Below are positions 57,519-64,000 of a stretch of 64,000 bases of DNA, one piece after another (positions within the stretch are counted from its first letter, which is position 1; each line of letters begins with the position of its first letter). The position numbers were made by a program, and so were the translations under genes. Under the pieces are notes generated by a model. The model saw nothing but the letters and a program-made list of their open reading frames with translations, did no database searches and had not been told where the DNA came from. The stretch is from sequence record MN850622.1. The stretch is one strand, 5' to 3'. This DNA comes from Escherichia phage mobillu.

Positions 57519-59203
57519 AATCATTTAAATTAAATCGTGTTCGTTATCAAAACATCATGTCTGTAGGTGGGAATCCTATTGATATCCAATTAGATAAAGT
57601 CCAAAAGACCTTAATCACCGGTAAAAATGGCGGTGGTAAATCTACGATGTTAGAAGCCATTACTTTCGGACTTTTCGGTAAACCATTTCGTGATGTTAAG
57701 AAAGGACAAATCATTAATAGCACGAACAAGAAAGAGCTCTTAGTTGAGCTTTGGATGGAATTCGATGATAAAAAATACTTCATTAAACGTGGCCAAAAGC
57801 CCAATATTTTCGAAATCTCCGTTGACGGTGTTCGTCTCGATGAATCTGCCAGCAGTCGTGACTTCCAAGAAGAATTTGAACGTAGCATCGGAATGTCATA
57901 CGCGTCTTTTAAACAGATCGTTGTGCTTGGGACGGCAGGGTATACCCCTTTCATGGCTCTTAGCACCCCTGCTCGTAGAAAACTTGTCGAAGACCTTTTA
58001 GAAGTCGGCACACTCGCTGAAATGGATAAAATCAATAAGTCTCAAGTTCGAGAACTTAATTCCCAGGGACAAGTTCTCGATGCCAAGAAAGATGGTATTA
58101 TCCAACAAATTAAGATTTATAACGAGAATATCGAACGTCAAAAGAAATTATCTGGTGATAATGTAGCGCGTCTACAGAATATGTATGACGACCTAGCCAA
58201 AGAAGCTCGTTCATTAAAAGCAGAAATCGAAGAAGCTAATGAGCGACTACTTAATATCGTTCTTGATGAAGACCCTACTGAGGCATTCAACAAGATAGGA
58301 CAAGAAGCATTCTTGATTAAATCTAAAATCGACTCATATAACAAAGTTATTAAGATGTATCATGATGGCGGTACATGTCCTACTTGTGCATCACAGTTGC
58401 ACCAGGGTGATCCTATTGTCTCTAAGATTACCGATAAGCTTCATGAATGTAATCACTCATTCGAGCAACTTACATGTCACAGAGATAATCTGAGTGTCCT
58501 AGTGGACGAATATAGAGCTAATGTTAAGACTAAACAGGACCTTGCATCTGATATTCGTACCAAGAAACAAGCAATGATTGCCACTATTGATAAAGCTAAG
58601 AAAGTTAAAGCTGCAATAGAGCAAGCCTCAGCAGAATTTATCGACCATGCCGATGAGATAGCTTTGCTTCAAAAAGAACTTGATAAAATCATTAAAACAA
58701 AATCAGATATCGTTCTTGAAAAATACCATCGTGGTATTATCACAGATATGTTAAAAGATTCTGGTATTAAAGGTGCTATCATTAAAAAATATGTGCCTCT
58801 GTTCAACAAGCAGATTAACCATTATCTTAAAATCATGGAAGCTGATTACGTGTTTTCTATTGACGAAGAATTCAATGAATCTATAAAATCACGTGGTCGT
58901 GAAGATTTTAGTTATGCTTCATTTAGTCAAGGTGAAAAGGCACGTATCGATATCGCATTGTTGTTTACATGGCGAGATATTGCTGAAAAGGTCTCTGGTG
59001 TTAAAATCAACACTCTGATTCTTGATGAGGTTTTTGATGGTGCTGTTGATTCTGAGGCTGTTAAGGCTATAGATACCATTCTTGGAAGTTTACAAAATAC
59101 TAATGTGTTCATTATCTCTCATCGAGACCATGACCCTCAACGTTATGGACAACATCTTCAAATGAGCAAAGTTGGACGATTTACGGTAATGACTGTTTCA
59201 TAA
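57515..59203 (+). CDS. 46: recombination nuclease subunit gp46 (Rad50/SbcC-like ATPase)
   Basis: 562 aa; Walker A GKNGGGKST, long coiled coil, C-terminal LILDEVFDGAVD. Confidence 0.95.
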   Translation: MKSFKLNRVRYQNIMSVGGNPIDIQLDKVQKTLITGKNGGGKSTMLEAITFGLFGKPFRDVKKGQIINSTNKKELLVELWMEFDDKKYFIKRGQKPNIFEISVDGVRLDESASSRDFQEEFERSIGMSYASFKQIVVLGTAGYTPFMALSTPARRKLVEDLLEVGTLAEMDKINKSQVRELNSQGQVLDAKKDGIIQQIKIYNENIERQKKLSGDNVARLQNMYDDLAKEARSLKAEIEEANERLLNIVLDEDPTEAFNKIGQEAFLIKSKIDSYNKVIKMYHDGGTCPTCASQLHQGDPIVSKITDKLHECNHSFEQLTCHRDNLSVLVDEYRANVKTKQDLASDIRTKKQAMIATIDKAKKVKAAIEQASAEFIDHADEIALLQKELDKIIKTKSDIVLEKYHRGIITDMLKDSGIKGAIIKKYVPLFNKQINHYLKIMEADYVFSIDEEFNESIKSRGREDFSYASFSQGEKARIDIALLFTWRDIAEKVSGVKINTLILDEVFDGAVDSEAVKAIDTILGSLQNTNVFIISHRDHDPQRYGQHLQMSKVGRFTVMTVS

Positions 59204-59204
59204 A

Positions 59205-59229
59205 CGCTTTAACACGATGTGGTTATAAT
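59205..59229 (+). promoter_or_regulatory. middle-promoter-like (CGCTTTA + TATAAT)
   Basis: GCTTTA core 12 bp upstream of TATAAT; inverted repeat GATGTGGT/ACCACATC around -10. Confidence 0.45.
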
Positions 59230-59257
59230 GACCACATCAAATTAAATGGAGAACAAC

Positions 59258-59446
59258 ATGGAGTATTCAACTGGCCAACATCTTCTCGTTGTCCCTGAAA
59301 TTAAAAAATATGTTTTGACCAATACGTTTTCAGGTGAAGAACATATTGTTACTGAACAAATGCTCAAATCTGCTTTTAAAGATGAGTATAATAAAATAAT
59401 GTCTAATCGCAATTCCGCATGGACAGTTACCGACTTCTACGAATAA
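59258..59446 (+). CDS. hypothetical protein (45.2 position)
   Basis: ATG MEYSTGQHLLVVPE... 8 nt after GGAG. Confidence 0.55.
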   Translation: MEYSTGQHLLVVPEIKKYVLTNTFSGEEHIVTEQMLKSAFKDEYNKIMSNRNSAWTVTDFYE

Positions 59447-59458
59447 GAGAGAAATAAT

Positions 59459-59875
59459 ATGTTTACTACTGCTAAAGGTTTTACCGCTGCTGATCTGAAA
59501 GTTACTTCTATCCGTACTGACGCTAACCCGCATAACCATAATCGTGTTCGTAAAGCATGGGTCCTGCATTGTGATGACGCAAGTGCTAAAAAACTCCAAT
59601 CTTTGCCACAAGAAACTCGTTTTATGATTTATGGTTTTATTGATAACGATGTATCTGATATGTGGATTCATCTGATGCGTAAGCACTATAAAGATTCTAT
59701 CGAAGCAGGTGCTAAAATCGTTCTTGATAAAGACGGTTCTGAACGCCTTGAAGATTTTTACTGTGTTGATGCCGACGAACAACTAATTGCAGCTGGCGAA
59801 ATTGTTGCTTCTAAAATTCCAGAATATATTGAATCACTGCCTGAAGCTATTAAAAAGCAGATGGTTGCTGCATAA
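59459..59875 (+). CDS. rpbA: RNA polymerase-binding protein RpbA
   Basis: 138 aa at the T4 rpbA position between 46 and 45. Confidence 0.8.
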   Translation: MFTTAKGFTAADLKVTSIRTDANPHNHNRVRKAWVLHCDDASAKKLQSLPQETRFMIYGFIDNDVSDMWIHLMRKHYKDSIEAGAKIVLDKDGSERLEDFYCVDADEQLIAAGEIVASKIPEYIESLPEAIKKQMVAA

Positions 59876-59917
59876 TAAATTTGTTATAAACTTTGAATTG
59901 TCTTGAAAGGAAATAAA

Positions 59918-60604
59918 ATGAAACTGTCTAAAGATACTATCGCTATTCTGAAAAACTTTGCCTCTATTAACTCTGGCATTCTGCTGAGTCAAGGTAAATT
60001 TATTATGACTCGTGCAGTTAATGGCACCACTTATGCGGAAGCAAATATCTCTGATGAAATTGATTTTGACGTAGCACTTTATGATTTGAATAGCTTCTTA
60101 AGCATTTTGAGTCTAGTGTCTGATGATGCCGAAATTTCAATGCATACTGATGGCAATATTAAAATTGCAGATACACGTTCCACAGTTTATTGGCCTGCTG
60201 CCGACAAGAGCACCATTGTTTTTCCTAATAAGCCAATTCAATTCCCAGTGGCTTCTGTGATTACTGAAATTAAAGCTGAAGACCTTCAACAATTGCTTCG
60301 AGTTTCACGTGGTCTTCAGATTGATACAATTGCTATTACAAATAAAGACGGTAAAATTGTTATCAATGGCTATAATAAAGTTGAAGATTCAGGACTAACT
60401 CGTCCTAAGTATTCTTTGACTCTTACTGATTATGACGGTTCTAATAACTTTAACTTCGTAATCAATATGGCTAATATGAAAATCCAGCCAGGTAACTATA
60501 AAGTAATGTTGTGGGGAGCTGGTGATAAAGTTGCAGCCAAGTTTGAAAGCTCTCAAGTAAGTTATGTTATTGCGATGGAAGCCGATTCTACCCACGACTT
60601 CTAA
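59918..60604 (+). CDS. 45: sliding clamp gp45
   Basis: ATG MKLSKDTIAILKNFASINSGILLSQGKFIM... 228 aa, near-identical to recalled T4 gp45. Confidence 0.96.
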   Translation: MKLSKDTIAILKNFASINSGILLSQGKFIMTRAVNGTTYAEANISDEIDFDVALYDLNSFLSILSLVSDDAEISMHTDGNIKIADTRSTVYWPAADKSTIVFPNKPIQFPVASVITEIKAEDLQQLLRVSRGLQIDTIAITNKDGKIVINGYNKVEDSGLTRPKYSLTLTDYDGSNNFNFVINMANMKIQPGNYKVMLWGAGDKVAAKFESSQVSYVIAMEADSTHDF

Positions 60605-60610
60605 GTCAAA

Positions 60611-60634
60611 GCTTTACGTTTATTGTGATACGAT
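60611..60634 (+). promoter_or_regulatory. middle-promoter-like (GCTTTA + TACGAT) upstream of gene 44
   Basis: AAAGCTTTAC then 11 bp then TACGAT; followed by hairpin GGAGGA-GAAA-TCCTCC (60638-60653). Confidence 0.45.
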
Positions 60635-60679
60635 TATGGAGGAGAAATCCTCCAGTTTAATGATAATGAGGAAAATTAC

Positions 60680-61642
60680 ATGATTACTATCAATTCCAAA
60701 GAACACATTCTAGAACAGAAATATCGTCCTTCTTCCATTGACGAATGTATTCTGCCTGCGTATGACCATGAAACATTCAAGTCTTTAGTATCTAAAGGAA
60801 AACTTCCTCATATTATTTTACACTCTCCATCTCCTGGTACCGGTAAAACAACCGTAGCAAAAGCATTATGTAATGATATCAATGCCGAAATGATGTTCGT
60901 CAACGGTTCTGATTGTAAGATTGATTTTGTGCGTGGTCCATTAACTGCATTCGCTCGTTCAGTCTCAATGGAAGGCAAGCCTAAAGTTATTGTTATTGAT
61001 GAATTTGACCGTAGTGGCCTCGCTGAATCACAACGTCACCTTCGTACATTCATGGAAGAATTCTCTAGTAACTGTTCTATTATTATTACTGCCAACAACA
61101 TCGATGGAATTATCGAACCGTTACGTAGTCGTTGTCGAGTTATCGAATTCGGACGTCCAACCGAAGAAGATAAAATCTCAATGATGAAGAAAATGATTCA
61201 TCGCATGGTTGAAATCTGTAAGAACGAAAATATCGAAATCGCTGATATGAAAGTTGTTGCAGCTCTGGTTAAAAAGAACTTCCCGGACTTTCGACGTACA
61301 ATTGGTCAATTAGACCAGTACTCATCTAAAGGTGTTCTTGATGCAGGTATTTTGTCGATTGTAACCAATGATCGTGGCACGGTAGATGATGTCATAGAAG
61401 CAATGAAAAATAAAGATATCAAACAGCTTCGTGCGTTAGCTCCAAAATATGCCGCTGATTATTCATGGTTCATCGATAAATTAGTTTCTGAGTGTTATGA
61501 CAAAGTTGCACCAGGTAAAAGTATTATTTCGCTTTATGAAATTGCAGGCGAAAATAATAAGTTTCATGGATTAGCAAGTAATATTGAATTACATGTTATG
61601 TATATGCTTCTTCAACTGACCTGCGAACTGACTTGGAAATAA
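60680..61642 (+). CDS. 44: clamp loader large subunit gp44
   Basis: 320 aa; Walker [11 protein letters not shown], Walker B VIVIDEFD; matches recalled T4 gp44. Confidence 0.95.
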   Translation: MITINSKEHILEQKYRPSSIDECILPAYDHETFKSLVSKGKLPHIILHSPSPGTGKTTVAKALCNDINAEMMFVNGSDCKIDFVRGPLTAFARSVSMEGKPKVIVIDEFDRSGLAESQRHLRTFMEEFSSNCSIIITANNIDGIIEPLRSRCRVIEFGRPTEEDKISMMKKMIHRMVEICKNENIEIADMKVVAALVKKNFPDFRRTIGQLDQYSSKGVLDAGILSIVTNDRGTVDDVIEAMKNKDIKQLRALAPKYAADYSWFIDKLVSECYDKVAPGKSIISLYEIAGENNKFHGLASNIELHVMYMLLQLTCELTWK

Positions 61643-61643
61643 T

Positions 61644-62207
61644 ATGAACTTATTTGATGATGCCGTCCAACTTAACGAGCACCAAATTGCATGGAAGTCT
61701 AACGACGCTGATGCGATTCAAAAATGTGCTGACATGTTTAAAGAAAAACCTGAGAATGAATTCTTTAAAATCATTAATGCTATTAATGAAAAGAAATCTA
61801 TGTCAATTGCTCAGGTCGACTACTCAAAATTTATGGTTGAGAACTCATTATCCCAGTTCCCAGAATGTATGCCAGCTGTTTACATGATGAACTTAGTCGG
61901 TTCTGAATTAAGTGATGAAGCGCACTTCAACTATATGATGGCAGCAATTCCGCGTGGTCGTCGATTCTCTAAATGGGCTAAACTAGTCGAAGACACTTCA
62001 GAGTTACTAGTTATCAAACTGTTGATGAAACGTTACACAATCAACATGAATGATGCTACCGAGTATAAGCGGCTCCTTGAAAAAAATAACAAGTTGCCAA
62101 TAGTCCTTAAAGAACTGAAGGCCATGGTCACTGATGAGTTTCTCAAAGAAGTTACAAAAAATGTGAAAGAACAAAAACAATTTAAAAAATTAGCATTGGA
62201 ATGGTAA
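61644..62207 (+). CDS. 62: clamp loader small subunit gp62
   Basis: 187 aa; ...[34 protein letters not shown]... matches recalled T4 gp62. Confidence 0.92.
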   Translation: MNLFDDAVQLNEHQIAWKSNDADAIQKCADMFKEKPENEFFKIINAINEKKSMSIAQVDYSKFMVENSLSQFPECMPAVYMMNLVGSELSDEAHFNYMMAAIPRGRRFSKWAKLVEDTSELLVIKLLMKRYTINMNDATEYKRLLEKNNKLPIVLKELKAMVTDEFLKEVTKNVKEQKQFKKLALEW

Positions 62208-62209
62208 AA

Positions 62210-62578
62210 ATGATTGAAATTAAATTGAAGAACCCTGAAGATTTTCTGAAAGTCAAAGAGACTTTGACCCGTATGGGCATCGCTAATAACAAGGATAAAG
62301 TTCTTTATCAGTCCTGTCATATCCTCCAAAAGCAAGGTAAATACTACATCGTCCACTTTAAAGAAATGTTGCGTATGGATGGACGTCAGGTTGATATTGA
62401 TGGTGAAGACTATCAGCGACGTGATTCGATTGCTCAGTTGCTTGAAGACTGGGGATTGATTGTTATTGAAGACTCTGCTCGTGAAGATCTGTTTGGCCTT
62501 ACTAATAACTTCCGTGTTATCTCTTTTAAACAGAAAGATGACTGGACTTTGAAAGCAAAATATACAATTGGTAATTAA
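62210..62578 (+). CDS. regA: translational repressor RegA
   Basis: ATG MIEIKLKNPEDFLKVKETLTRMGIANNKDKVLYQSCHIL... 122 aa, matches recalled T4 RegA. Confidence 0.92.
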   Translation: MIEIKLKNPEDFLKVKETLTRMGIANNKDKVLYQSCHILQKQGKYYIVHFKEMLRMDGRQVDIDGEDYQRRDSIAQLLEDWGLIVIEDSAREDLFGLTNNFRVISFKQKDDWTLKAKYTIGN

Positions 62579-62582
62579 AGCA

Positions 62583-62602
62583 ATGGGACTTCGGTCCCAT
62601 TT
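62583..62602 (+). terminator. hairpin after regA (terminator-like, weak T-run)
   Basis: ATGGGAC-TTCG-GTCCCAT followed by TT. Confidence 0.4.
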
Positions 62603-62631
62603 GGAGTATAATAAGTTCATCAACAAACAAA

Positions 62632-62647
62632 AGACAATAACTCGTCT
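62632..62647 (+). promoter_or_regulatory. gene 43 autogenous translational operator hairpin
   Basis: AGAC-(AATAACTC)-GTCT: the 8-nt loop AAUAACUC is the wild-type gp43 operator loop known from T4; lies just 5' of the AAGGA SD of gene 43. Confidence 0.7.
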
Positions 62648-62659
62648 AAAGGAAATTAA

Positions 62660-64000
62660 ATGAAAGAATTTTACTTAACGGTTGAACAGATTGGTGATTC
62701 AATTTTTGAACGTTACATCGATTCTAATGGCCGTGAACGTACTCGCGAAGTAGAATATAAACCATCACTGTTTGCTCATTGTCCAGAAAGTCAGGCTACG
62801 AAATATTTCGATATCTACGGTAAGCCGTGTACTCGTAAATTGTTCGCTAATATGCGTGATGCCTCCCAATGGATTAAACGCATGGAAGATATCGGACTTG
62901 AAGCACTTGGCATGGACGATTTCAAATTGGCGTATTTGTCTGACACTTATAACTATGAAATCAAATACGACCATACAAAAATTCGTGTGGCTAACTTCGA
63001 CATCGAAGTAACATCTCCGGACGGGTTCCCTGAGCCGTCACAAGCAAAACATCCGATTGATGCTATCACCCATTATGACTCAATTGACGACAGGTTCTAC
63101 GTATTTGATCTATTGAATTCTCCATATGGTAATGTGGAAGAATGGTCTATCGAAATTGCGGCTAAGCTTCAAGAACAAGGCGGTGATGAAGTTCCATCCG
63201 AAATTATCGATAAAATCATTTATATGCCGTTTGATAATGAAAAAGAATTATTGATGGAATATCTCAACTTCTGGCAACAGAAAACTCCTGTCATTTTGAC
63301 TGGATGGAACGTTGAGTCATTTGATATTCCATATGTGTATAACCGAATCAAGAATATTTTTGGCGAATCTACTGCGAAACGTTTATCGCCACATCGTAAA
63401 ACTCGTGTTAAAGTTATCGAAAACATGTATGGTTCTCGTGAAATCATTACATTGTTCGGTATCTCTGTTCTTGATTACATTGACCTTTACAAAAAATTCT
63501 CTTTTACCAATCAACCGTCGTATTCTCTGGATTACATTTCAGAATTTGAATTGAACGTTGGTAAACTGAAATATGACGGCCCTATTTCTAAGCTTCGTGA
63601 AAGCAATCACCAACGATATATTTCTTATAACATTATCGACGTGTATCGTGTATTGCAAATTGATTCTAAGCGTCAGTTCATCAACTTGAGCTTGGACATG
63701 GGTTATTATGCTAAAATTCAGATTCAATCTGTGTTTAGCCCAATTAAAACATGGGATGCTATTATTTTTAATAGCCTTAAAGAGCAGAACAAGGTGATTC
63801 CACAAGGTCGTTCTCACCCGGTTCAACCTTATCCTGGCGCTTTTGTTAAGGAACCTATTCCAAATCGATACAAATATGTAATGAGTTTCGACCTTACATC
63901 TCTGTATCCAAGTATTATTCGCCAAGTGAATATTAGCCCTGAAACAATAGCAGGAACGTTTAAAGTAGCTCCACTGCATGATTATATTAACGCAATCGCT
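62660..64000 (+). CDS. 43: DNA polymerase gp43, N-terminal part (3'-5' exonuclease domain onward); runs off window end
   Basis: MKEFYLTVEQIGDSIFERYIDSNGRERTREVEYKPSLFAHC...; exo motif FDIEV; ...SFDLTSLYPSIIRQVNISPET; near-identical to recalled T4 gp43; no stop before edge. Confidence 0.96.
   Translation, partial: MKEFYLTVEQIGDSIFERYIDSNGRERTREVEYKPSLFAHCPESQATKYFDIYGKPCTRKLFANMRDASQWIKRMEDIGLEALGMDDFKLAYLSDTYNYEIKYDHTKIRVANFDIEVTSPDGFPEPSQAKHPIDAITHYDSIDDRFYVFDLLNSPYGNVEEWSIEIAAKLQEQGGDEVPSEIIDKIIYMPFDNEKELLMEYLNFWQQKTPVILTGWNVESFDIPYVYNRIKNIFGESTAKRLSPHRKTRVKVIENMYGSREIITLFGISVLDYIDLYKKFSFTNQPSYSLDYISEFELNVGKLKYDGPISKLRESNHQRYISYNIIDVYRVLQIDSKRQFINLSLDMGYYAKIQIQSVFSPIKTWDAIIFNSLKEQNKVIPQGRSHPVQPYPGAFVKEPIPNRYKYVMSFDLTSLYPSIIRQVNISPETIAGTFKVAPLHDYINAIA

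Overview
This window is a T4-like (T-even, Tevenvirinae-type) myophage genome segment, collinear with phage T4 from gene 13 through gene 43. All identity calls come from reading the translations against recalled T4 protein sequences and gene order; no database search was run. Positions 1-16041 carry the minus-strand late baseplate and fibre block: 13 (partial), wac, 12, 11, 10, 9, 8, 7, 6, 5.4, 5.1, 5 and 53. From 16103 onward everything is on the plus strand: 4, 2, 3, 1, 57A, 57B (Acb1), ipI, then a hyperplastic accessory region (about 19.9-46.9 kb), then nrdC, 49, nrdD (no intron), nrdG, 55, 47, 46, rpbA, 45, 44, 62, regA and the 5' part of 43. The accessory region holds two tRNAs, a tRNA-like stable-RNA candidate, nudE, e, denV, regB, tk, rI and about 60 small ORFs, most driven by T4-type early promoters embedded in stem-loops (PeSL-like cassettes). 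The most interesting unexplained content sits there: two Pol-beta-type nucleotidyltransferase candidates (one next to an AAA+ ATPase), a macro-domain-like protein, a candidate 2OG-Fe(II) oxygenase, a GrcA-like gene with a host-like codon tract, and two small paralogous families with conserved C-terminal/junction modules. I cannot point to one clearly novel system from sequence alone; these are ranked candidates. The alpha-glucosyltransferase gene expected between 55 and 47 is absent. Where the ORF track started at TTG/GTG upstream of an ATG with a Shine-Dalgarno (SD), I used the internal ATG; coordinates I placed by hand may be off by 1-3 bp (one printed-vs-track offset of 1 bp was seen near 4094-4113).
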